A program made the translations under genes and the position numbers. Below the pieces are notes generated by a model. It was given only the letters and a program-made list of their open reading frames with translations. It was not told the origin of the DNA and ran no database searches. This document shows positions 53,062-64,000 of a DNA stretch of 64,000 nucleotides, one piece after another (the first letter of the stretch is position 1; each line of letters opens with the position of its first letter). This DNA comes from the human T2T-CHM13v2.0 reference genome, Homo sapiens: NCBI RefSeq assembly GCF_009914755.1, contig NC_060928.1. One strand, given 5' to 3'.

Positions 53062-53722
53062 TTTTTTTATTATACTTTAAGTTCTGGGGTAGATGTGCAG
53101 AACGTGAAGGTTTGTTACATAGGTATATGCCTGCCATGATGGTTTGCTGCACCCATCAACCCGTCATCTACATTAGGTATTTCTCCTAATGCTAGCCCTC
53201 CCCTAACCCCCCATCCACTGACAGGCCATGGAGTGTGATGCTCCCCTCCCTGTGTCCATGTGTTCTCATTGTTCAACTCCCACTTATGAGTGAGAACATG
53301 CGGTGTTTGCTTTTCTGTTCTTGTGTTAATTTGCCGAGAATGATAGTTTCCAGCTTCATCCATGTCCCTACAAAGGGCAATAACTCATCCTTTTTTATGG
53401 CTGCCCAGTATCCCATGGTGTATATATGACACATTTTCTTTATCCAGTCTACCACTGATGGGCATTTGGGTTGATTCCAAGTCTTTGCTATTGTGAACAG
53501 TGCCACAATAAACATACGTGTGCATGCATCTTTATAGTGGAATGATTTATAATCCTTTGGGTATATATACCCAGAAATGGGATCGCTGGGTTAAATGGTA
53601 TTTCTAGTTCTATATCCTTGAGGAATTGCCACACTGACTTCCACAATGGTTGAACTAATTTACACTCCCACCAACAGTGTAAAAGCGTTTCTATTTCTCC
53701 ACATCCTCTCCAGCACCTGTTG
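53062..53722 (-). mobile_element. L1PA7-like 3' fragment
   Basis: ttattatactttaagttctgggg...; minus frame MFIVALFTIAKTWNQPKCPS (ORF2 C-terminus). Confidence 0.9.
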
Positions 53723-55291
53723 TCTTTTCACTGTAGTGGAAAATGCACTCAACTTACAGTTGGAATGTCTGGATTCAATTTTTTTATGTACTCACATAGC
53801 ATAGTCAGGATGAGGGTCCTTTTCTATAAAATGTTGATAATATCTCTCCAAATGTCTTTGTAAATACCTGTGAATTGAAAAGTACTAGTAAAAACATAAA
53901 TTGTATTATTAATATTACTACTATTATTGTTGTTTTGAGGACATTTCCCTTACCTTGCAAACCAGAGAGTGGTAATGTTGTTTTATATTTATGAATCTTC
54001 ATCCATTTATAACAATCTTAGTATACTGGTAAATCTTTCAGTTTTGTAAAAACTATAAAATACAAAAATAAAAAAGAGCATAATGATTTTCTAATGAAAA
54101 TGTGTTATTGATATTTGATAAATATTATTGTTATATGTAATTGTATATATATATATATGCTTCCAAAAATTGAAAATACATCAATTGAACTGCATGTTAA
54201 ATAGTTAATGCTAAAAATAAAAGATGTCAAGTTAGAGAGAAGAATAATTTAGTAGATGTTCACTGCCAATAAGGTGATGTGGGATAAAAAATCCTACAAA
54301 CAATGCTGAGCATTACAGGCACCAATGTACCATTTTCATATACTAAAGAGAGCACGCTATTAATGAGTCTTGGAATAGTGTCAAAAAATGAAGCTTTCAG
54401 ATAGACTTCATGAAATTAGTTAATGTATTTGTATACAGGAACATTTCACAGATTAATTACATTTTAAAAAGTCCTATAACTTTACGGTATTAATTTCTTC
54501 AGCAGACACAAAGTGACAATAATATGGTTGGAAGTGAGCCCATGAGTTCAAAATTTCAAAACAGAGATCCGTCCCCCATCCTCATATCTTTTAAATGTAT
54601 CTTTGAAGTAAATAGAACTGAGTAGAATTTGTATCCTCTCGAAGGGGAGTAAAGGATGCATTTAATTGAAGATGAGCCAAGGCAGAAACATTTAGATGAT
54701 TAAAGCTTTAAAATATGAATAGATCATCTTTAGGAACATATGCCTGTAACCTAGTGGGCACTCAAGAGATTTCCACTGTATGATAATAGAGTCTTATATT
54801 TATCTGATTGTATTTAGTAAATATCTCTTTGGAATTCAAGATACACAGTAGCTAACTGTATTCTGGTACCAGAATTCCTATTCCTGTCCTAATCCAATTT
54901 CTGAAGGATATTTATCAAAGTGTAAATTTAGGTTATTGTTAAGTAGAGAAAACAAGAAAAGCTGGAATCTAGGGAAACTGTATCTAGGAGACAGGTCAAT
55001 GAACCCTGCTTATGGGACTATAGAAAAGAGGCAGTCGGCCAGGAGATGACCTTGGCAATGCTTCAATTTCCTACTGTTATAAGGAGTAAGAAATTTGAAA
55101 AGTAAAAGAATTTAGATCTTACACGAGTAAAAAAATATTTGTAATGGATTATATATATGTGTATATGTATACATAGTGGTGCATATATGTATATATATCC
55201 AAAATTAAATTTGAGAAAAAAAATTATTTTTGAAATCAGAGTTTGTGTCTTATCCTAGCACTCAATGTAGTTTTGGATAAAGAAAATACAC

Positions 55292-55760
55292 TCTGATGGT
55301 TAATACTGAGTGTCAACTTGATTGGATTGAAGGATACAAAGTATTGATCTTGGGTGTGTCTGTGAGGGTGTTGCCAAAAGAGATTAACATTTGAGTCAAT
55401 TGGCTGGGAAAGGCAAACCCACCCTTAATCTGGGTGGGCACAGTCTAATCAGCTGCCAACATGGCTAGAATATATAAGCAGGCAGAAAAATGTGAAAAGA
55501 GAGACTGGCCTAGCTTCCCAGCCTATATCTTTGTCATCTTTGTCCGTTGCTGGATGCTTCCTGCCCCTGAACATCAGACTCCAAGTTCTTCAGTTTTGGA
55601 ATTCAGATTGGCTCTCCTTGCTCCTCAGCCTACAGATGTTCTATTGTGGGACCTTGTGATTGTGTAAGTTAATGCTTAATAAACTCCCCTTTACACACAC
55701 ACACACACACACACACGTTTTCCATTAGTTCTATCCCTCTAGAGAACCCTGAATAATATA
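55292..55760 (+). mobile_element. MLT2A2 5' LTR
   Basis: gatggttaatactgagtgtcaacttgattggattgaaggatacaaag...ctagagaaccctg. Confidence 0.92.
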
Positions 55761-55825
55761 GATTTTGGTACCAGGCGTGGTTCTAGAGGAACAGAATATT
55801 AAGGATGGAGTTCTTTCATTAGTTT

Positions 55826-57540
55826 TGGGGTTTCTGGAGTTGGTTGCTTAATATGATTAGACTCCAAAATGCTAAGGACTCTATTTCTAGTAGTATGGAG
55901 TACGCTGGTAGTCTTTGGCATGAACTGTTTAGAGAGTTATGCAAAATAAATGCATTTGACCCTCATGATTCATTGCTTGTGAGAGCCAAGGAGTTTAGTG
56001 ACTCTGTACATGATACCTTTGACCATATATGGGGAACTGAGGAATGTAATGAAGCTGATTGGTTGCTCCTCAGTTTACTGGACAAAGTGATGAAAGAAAA
56101 TGATGAACTCAGGGATTCTATCCCTAAAATTATTGAGGCTGAAATCTGCTAAGATTGCCCTGAGTGAGAGTCTTATCTCCTGTAGAGAAAGAGCTGAAAT
56201 TATGAAAAAACAGACACAAGATCTTATCATGCGAGTGGCTGACCTGCAATGAAAGGTGCATGCACAGTCTCGCTAGTTGTCTACTGTTAAAGTGAGGGCA
56301 TTGTCTGGAAAAGAATGGGACCCTGCAATTTGGAATGGGGATGTGTGGGAGGACCTGATGAAGCTGGGGACACTGAGTTTGTAAACTCTGATTGAACATT
56401 TTTTTTGCCAGAAGAAATAGCTTCCCCCTCACCAGTAGTGACAACATTCCCTCCCCGACCCATGCTGCCATCAACTTTTCCACTTTTGTCTGAGGAGATA
56501 AACCCTGTGTTGCCTGAGACAACAGTGCTTGCCTCTCCTAAGTTAGTTGTCAGGCAAGATAATGTTGATTCTCCTCAGGAGTCACCCCCAACACTCTTGT
56601 TTGCTTCTAGACCTATAACTAGACTAAAGTCCCAGTGGGCCCCTAGAGGTGAGGTTGAGAGTGTGACCCATGAGGAGGGGTGCTACACTTAAAAATAACT
56701 GTTTGAGTTTTCTAATTTGTATTACCAGAAATCTGGAAAACAGGCATGGGAATGGATATTAAGGGTGTGGGATAATGGTGGAAGGAACATAGAGTTGGAT
56801 CAGGCTGAATTTATTGATTTAGGCCCACTAAGTAGGGACTCTATATTTAATATTGCAGCTCAGGGAGTTAAGATGGTTTTAGTAGTTTATTTGCTTGGTT
56901 ATCTAAAATATGGATTAAAAGATAGCCCACTCTGAGTGAGCTGGAAATGCCTGATCTCGCTTGGTTTAATGTAAAGGAAGAGATCCAAAGGCTTAGGGAG
57001 ATTGGGATAGTGGAGTAGATTAGTCACTTTAGACCTACTCATCCCAGCTGAGAGGGTCCAGAAGATATATCTTTGAACAATGCCTTGAAAAATAGATTTG
57101 TGAGGGCAGCTTCTGCATCTTTGAAGAGGCTTGTAATTGCTTTTCTGTGTATGTCATATCTAACAATGGGAACTACAGTCCCTCAACTGCAAAATTTAAA
57201 TACAATAGGAATAATTAGATCCCAAGGTGGCAGGGGCCAAGTGGCAGCACTCAATCATCAAAGGCAAGGTAGGCATAGCTACCATAATGGGCAGCAGAGG
57301 CAAGCGGCAATCAGAATAGTCTGACTCCTGTAGAGCTCTGGCATTGGCTAATTAATAATGGTGTTCCTAGAAGTGAAATTGGTAGGAAGCCTACTGCATT
57401 TATACTTAGTTTATATAAGCAGAAAACTTCTAGATCAAATAGACAAAAGACTAATTTGAATTATAAAAATAGAGAATCATGGCCCCTCAATCAATTTCCA
57501 GGCTTAAGGCAGTTTACAGACAAAGAACACCTTGAATGAA
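55826..57540 (+). pseudogene. HERV-L gag remnant
   Basis: Fragments WLLLSLLDKVMKENDELRD and QAWEWILRVWDNGGRNIELDQAEFIDLG; many stops and frameshifts. Confidence 0.85.
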
Positions 57541-57599
57541 GAGGAGGCTGTGTCCCCTTGAGGAAGGACCTCGCTGCATTACCAACAATTTATGCAATG

Positions 57600-60540
57600 A
57601 ATCTTTCTCCCATCCTTCACCAAAGAGATCTCTGGTCTTTAACCTAGGTAACGGTGCATTGGGAAAAGGGAAATGGTCAGACATTTTGGGGACTACTGGA
57701 CACTAGTTCTGAGCTGACGTTGATTCCAGGGGACCCAAAATGTCATTGTAGTCCTCTAGTTAAAGTAGAGGCTTTTGGAGGTCGGATAATTAATGGAGTT
57801 GTAGTTCAGGTTCGACTTACAGTGGGTCCAGTCAGTCCCCAGACTCATCCTGTGGTCATTTCCCCAGTGCCAGAATGCATAATTGACATAGACATACTTA
57901 ACAGCTGGCAGAACCCCCACATTGACTCCCTGACTGGTAGGGTGAAAGCTATTATGGTGGGAAAGGCCAAATGGAAGCCATTTGAGCCGCTTCTTCCTAT
58001 AAAAATAGTAAATCAAAAACAATATCGCATCCCTGGAGGGATTGCAGAGATTAGTGCCACCATCAAGGATTTGAAAGACGCAGGGGTGGTGATTCTCACC
58101 ACATCCCGTTCAACTCTCCCATTTGGCCTGTGCAGAAGACAGATGGATCCTGGAGAATGACAGTGGATTATTGTAAGCTTAACCAAGTGGTGACTCCAAT
58201 TGCAGCTGCTGTACCAGATGTGGTTTCATTACTTGAGCTAATTAACACCTGGTACCTGGTATGCAGCCATTGACTTGGCAAATGCTTTTTCTCCATTCCT
58301 GTCCATAAGGCTCACCAGAAGCAATTTGCCTTCAGCTGGCAAGGCCAGCAATATACCTTTACTGTCCTACCTCAGGGGTATATCAACTCTCCGGCTTTGT
58401 GTCATAATCTTATTTGGAGTGACTTTGATAGTTTTTCACTTTCACAAGATATCACACTGGTCCATTACATTAATGACATTATGTTGATTGGATAAAGTGA
58501 GCAAGAAGTAGCAAACACGCTAAACTTATTGGTGAGACATTTGCATGCCAGAGGATGGGAAATAAATCCAAATAAATTCAGAGACCTTCTACCTCAGGGA
58601 AATTTCTAGGGGTCCAGTGGTGTGGAGCCTGCCAAGATATTCCTTCTAAGGTGAAGGATAAGTTGCTGCATTTGGCCCCTCCTATAATCAAGAAAGAGGC
58701 ACAATGCCTAGTGGGTCTATTTGGATTTTGGAGGCAATGCATTGCTCATTTGGGTGTGTTACTGTAGCCCATTTATCCAGTGACCCAAAAGGTGGCCAGT
58801 TTTGAGTAGGGTCCAGAACAGGAGAAGGCTCTGCAACAGGTCCAGGCTGCTGTGCAAGCTGCTCTGCCACTTGGGCCATATGACCCAGAAGATCCAATGG
58901 TGTTTATGGTGTTTGAGGTTTCAGTTGCAGGTAGGGATGTTGTTTGGAGCCTTTGACAGGCCCTCATAGGTGAATCACAGCAGAGGCCTGTAGGATTTTG
59001 GAGCAAGGCCCTGCCATCTTCTGCAGATAACTACTCTCCTTTTGAGAGACAACTCTTAGCTCATTACTAGGCTTTGGTGGAAACTGAACATTTGACTGTG
59101 GGTCATCAAGGCACCATGTAACCTGAACTGCCTATCATGAACTGGGTTCTTTCTGGCCCATCTAGCCATAAAGTAGGTTGTGCACAGCAGCCGTCCATCA
59201 TCAAATGAAAGTGGTATATGCGTGATCAGGCTCGAGCAGGTCCTGAAGGCACAAGTAAGTTACAAGAGGAAGTGGCTCAAATGCCCATGGTCTCCACTCC
59301 TGCCACTCTGCCTTTTCTTCCCTAGCCTGCACCGATGGCTACATGGGGTGTTCCCTGTGATCAGTTGACAGAGGAAAAGAAGACTAGGGCCTGGTTCACA
59401 GGTTCTTCACAATATTCAGGCATTACCCAAAAGTGGACAGCTGCAGCACTACAATCTTTTTCTAGGACATCCCTGAAGGACAGCTATGAAGGGAAATCTT
59501 CCCAGTGGGCAGAACTTCGAGCAGTGCACCTTGTTGTGCACTGTGCAAGGAAGGAGAAATGGCCAGATATGCGATTATGTACTGATTCATGGGCTTCAAC
59601 CAATGGTTTGGCTGGATGGTCAGGAACTTGGAGGAAGCATGATTGGAGAATTGGTGATAAAGAAATTTGGGGAAGAGGTATGTGAATGGACCTCTCTGAG
59701 TGGTCAAAAATTGTGAAGTTATTTGTATCCCATGTGAGTGGTCACCAAGGGGTCACCTCAGCAGAGAAGGATTTTAATAATCAAGTGAAAAGGATGATCA
59801 GTTTTGTGGCCACCACTCAGCCTCTTTCTCCAGCCACCCTGTCACAGCCCAATGGGCCTATGAACAAAGTGGCCATTGTGGCAGGGATGGAGGTTATGCA
59901 TGGGCTCAGCAACATGGGCTTACCAAGGCTGACCTGGCTGTGACTACTGCTGATTGCCCAATTTCCCAGCAATAGAGACCAACATCAAACCCTTGATATG
60001 GCACCATTCCTTGAGGTGATCAGCAAGCTACTTAGTGGCAGGTTAATTATATTGGACATTTTCCATCATGGAAAGGGCAGAGGTTTGTCCTTACTGGAAT
60101 AGACACTTACTCTGGATATGTGTTTGCCTATCCTGCACACAATTCTTCTGCCAAGACTACCATCCATGGACTCACAGAATGCCTTATCCACTGTCATAGT
60201 ATTTCACACAGCATTGCCTTTGACCAAGGCACTCACTTATGGGTAAAGAAGTGCGGCAATGGGCTCACGTTCATGGAATTTACTGGTCTTATCATGTTCC
60301 TTAACACCCTGAAGCAGCTGGATTGACAGAACGCTGGAATGCCCTTTTGAAGTCACAATTACAATGGTAACTAGGTGACAATACTTTGCAGGGCTGGGGC
60401 AAAGTGCTCCAGAAGGCTGTGTATGCTCTGAATCAGTGGCCGATATATGGTACTGTTTCTCCCATAGCCAAGATTCAGGAGTCCAGGAATCAAGGGGTGG
60501 AAATGGAAGTGGCACGACTCACCAACACCCCTAGAGATCC
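57600..60540 (+). pseudogene. HERV-L pro-pol remnant (PR, RT, RNase H, IN)
   Basis: LLDTSSEL protease motif (~57693), LPQG (~58367), YIND in place of YIDD (58466-58477), SSQWAELRAV RNase H, integrase-like FAYPA...DQGTH; disrupted. Confidence 0.88.
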
Positions 60541-60559
60541 ACTGGCAAAATTTTTGCTT

Positions 60560-60870
60560 CCTGTTCCCATGACATTATATTTTGCTGGCCTAAAGGTCTT
60601 AGTTCCAGAGGGAGAAACACTGCCGCCAGGAGACACAACAACGATTCCATTCAATTAGAAGTTAAGATTGCCACTTGGACACTTTGGGCTTCTCCTACCT
60701 TGAAGTCAACAGGCTAAGAAGAGAGTTACTTGGCTGGGGCGATTGACCCAGATTATCAAGATGAAATCAGTCTACTACTCCACAACTGAGGTAAGGAAGA
60801 GTATGCATGGAATACAGGAGATCCATTAGGGTGTCTGTTAGTATTATGATGGCCTGTGATTAAGGTCAAT
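60560..60870 (+). pseudogene. HERV-L dUTPase remnant
   Basis: LVPEGETLPPGDTTTIP and ggggcgattgacccagattatcaagatgaaatc (GAIDPDYQDEI) downstream of integrase. Confidence 0.8.
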
Positions 60871-61390
60871 CAGAAACTACAATAGTCCAATCCAGGCAGG
60901 ACCACAAATGACCCAGACCTTTCAGGAATGAAGGTTTGGGTCACTCCACCAGGAAAAAAACACACGACCTGCTGAGGTGCCTGTTAAAGGCAAAGGGAAT
61001 ACAGAATGGGTAGTAGAAGAAGGTAGTCATCAATACCAGCTATGACCACATGAACAGCTGCAGCAATGAGGACTGTAATTGTCATGAGTATTTCCTCCTT
61101 ATTTTGTTAAAAGCATGTCTGTGCATGTATACACTTTTACTAAAAAATATCTTCATTTTATTTCCTTTCTCCTTTATCATGCGACATAAGATTTATTGCC
61201 TTCATATTAGCATTTGTGTATTGTTAACTTTATGTAATAGTATTTGGGTTGGGGAGTGGTGCGTTTCTGATTGTATGAAGGATAGTTGTATTACGTTAGG
61301 CATAATTACAACCTTATTAATTGTCTTTATTTGAAGATTATGTCTGATATCAGGAGATGTGTGTGGGTTCATGTTGACAAGGGGTGGACT

Positions 61391-61853
61391 TGTGATGGTT
61401 AATACTGAGTGTCAACTTGATTGGATTGAAGGATACAAAGTACTGAATCTTTGTTGAGTCTGTGAGGGTGTTGCCAAAGGAGATTAACATTTGAGTCAGC
61501 GGGATGGGAAAGGCAGACCCACCCTTAATCTGCCTGGGCACAGTCTAATCAGCTGCCAACACATCTAGAATATAAACCGGCAGAAAAATGTGAAAAGAGA
61601 CTGGCCTAGCCTCCCAGCCTACATCTTTCTCCTGTGCTGGATGCTTCCTGCCCTCAAACATTGGACTCCAGATTCTTTAGTTTTGGAACTCGGACTGTCT
61701 CTCCTTGCTCCTCGGCCTGCAGACGGGCTACTGTGGGACCTTGTGATCGTGTAAGTTAATACTTAACAAATTCATACATACATATATATGTATATATATA
61801 TATAAATATATATATATTCCATTAGTTCTGTCCCTTTAGAGAACCCTAATACA
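61391..61853 (+). mobile_element. MLT2A2 3' LTR
   Basis: tgtgatggttaatactgag...gaaccctaataca. Confidence 0.93.
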
Positions 61854-62419
61854 TACACTTACACTAAATATTTTTAATCAGCTAGCATGTGAATACATTA
61901 ATAATTAATCATTTCAACAGATGATCTTTATATCTTGGCAATAATGTACCTCTGTGATTTCTGCATATTATTTAAAACTATGTGAAACAAAAAATAGAGA
62001 AAAATTATATGAATTTGCAGTATACATATAATTACTATCAGATTGCAGTATAAGCACAACACCGTTCTCAAGATCACTAGTTTCTTCGACTATGAAAAAA
62101 AAATTCCAGGACTCAAAACAGAATGATTATAGACCTCATTGATTTTTTTCTTAAGTAAAGCAATTATACTTTAAAACATGTTCTCAAGGATGAGAAAAAA
62201 TGTTATATTAAGACATTGCACTAGATATGAAGTTAAGACAGTGTTTTTTCTTTGTTTTTGTTTTTGCTTATTTGTTTTTAATCTCAGTTCTACCACCTGA
62301 TAGCTTCAGGAACCTGAAAAAATTGCTTCATTGTCCTATACTATAAAATAAATGAAAAGCATAGAAAAGATAAATATTTCATTTATTTCTCATCACCACC
62401 AAGTGAGTTGATCCTATGA

Positions 62420-62660
62420 GAGGTAATATAGTGTAGTATTAACAGTGGAGGCTCTGAAATTAAACAGTCCAATACCACCAATAAATGTCAATCAATGAGT
62501 TAAGCCGACTCAAGACTGCTTGACTGAAGAGCCCATGTCTGCCCCACTCTAACCTCTATGGCCTTATAAGGATGCCTATGAGAAATCATTAAACAGCATT
62601 GGAGAAAGAAGAATAACATCTGTCCTTTAAAACTGCTCATAGTTCTGACTATTAACACGA
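62420..62660 (+). mobile_element. MIR fragments
   Basis: gtgtagtattaacagtggaggctctg 5' motif and degenerate 3' part. Confidence 0.45.
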
Positions 62661-63804
62661 CTAATACTGTGAATGTTGTTTTTCCCAAAATTGCCTTGTG
62701 CAGAATTAGGGATATTTTTTCTTTATTTATTTGGTGCCTGATACTGGAATGCTGTCTGTGAATAATTAATATTTCCAGTAAGAGGTGTGTTTTTTTTGTC
62801 ATATCAGTTCAATTTAGCTTTATCAGAAAAAGATCAAGGATAATATTCAATAATAAGAAACATATGTAGCTTAGAGTAACAGATATAAGCTGCTTCTGGA
62901 TGATTTACAGAAATAGTAGAAAATAATATGGGAAAATAGATATGGAAGTATCAAAATAATAAAGAAAATACACTTCCACTTGAAAAATAATTTAGAGTTT
63001 CTTTATAAAGAATATCTTATAGGTAAAAAAATTATTTAAGGGACTTAATCATTGTTCTCTGCTCCCTTTTCCTTTTTGGAATACATATCTTTCTCCTTGG
63101 AAGACAAGTAAATAGGAAACTCACAATTTTTCCAGCAAAACTTGTATGTGAAAATATAAGCAAAATGATAAATGTGACTGGCCGACAAGCAAAAAACATT
63201 GTTTACCATCAAACAGCACCAAAACTTCTGGCTGTGTTATTACCAATTTGAATGGACCTTTGCCGAAAGTCCCTGTAAGTATCTTGATAGCAGATAATTC
63301 CAACACACCTCTTGTTTCTGTCAACTCACTACCTTGAGATGTTAAGCTAGTTTAATAATATACTCTCTTTGAAATGGTATCCAATGTTCCTTTAACTCAC
63401 ACTTCTATTTCTGCCCTCTCTGCCAAATCTGGATTCTTTGATCTATTAACTAGCTCCACCACAATTAACTACAATGAATACTCTTTCTGCCCATTATTTT
63501 CTTTTCTTAAATAAATCCTGGTCTCCACAGAATACATGGACTCCCCTGTGGTCCCTGAAAAATTATGTTGATCTTCTAGCCACCACACATTGATGGTAAG
63601 AAGGAAACCTTCAAGAACAGGAATAAGGATATTTTTCCTTGTTATAATTACCATTCCAAATTATTAATCCTTTATTCTTAGATAAAAACACTGTTGAATT
63701 CAGATAAGCTGAATTGTTATAATCACTCTCAGTTATTCACCAAAAGATTTTGTCACTGACTTCATGGCTGTCCTTGGAGCCATCATTATCCTAGGCTATA
63801 ATAG

Positions 63805-64000
<196 letters not shown>

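Larger units (their letters stand above)
55292..61853 (+). mobile_element. Full-length HERV-L provirus (MLT2A2-type LTRs), coding-defective
   Basis: Two direct LTRs, gag-pro-pol-dUTPase remnants, no env, PPT aaggggtggac, perfect TSD TACAC (55287-55291, 61854-61858). Confidence 0.95.

Noticed and set aside
57654-58160. 168-aa ORF as a functional protease gene
   Set aside because: HERV-L protease fragment with DTS in place of DTG, a non-ATG start, a frameshifted end and a broken upstream gag

Overview
AT-rich, CpG-depleted primate (human-like) genomic DNA made mostly of interspersed repeats: Alu, L1, L2, MIR, MaLR/ERV LTRs and Tigger/Charlie DNA transposons. I see no intact host protein-coding gene, RNA gene or CRISPR array, and the short ORFs lie in repeats or are chance frames. 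Repeat families were recognised by eye from remembered consensus sequences, so subfamily calls and the boundaries of old elements are approximate. Main structures: (1) A ~6 kb LTR8/tRNA-Pro-primed ERV1 (HUERS-P1-like) at 15845-21862 has the layout of a viral RNA (R-U5...U3-R plus poly(A)), a 14-bp TSD and an L1-endonuclease-like site. It looks like an L1-made processed copy rather than a provirus. (2) A full-length but decayed HERV-L/MLT2A2 provirus at 55292-61853 has a perfect TACAC TSD. (3) A THE1 element inside an L1 (29.5-33.5 kb) was scrambled by an inversion, duplication and deletion with microhomology junctions, producing a 302-aa chimeric ORF. (4) A twin-primed L1PB carries an AT-rich palindrome whose loop is an inverted copy of nearby sequence. 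(5) A fossil hAT/Charlie transposase is split by later insertions.
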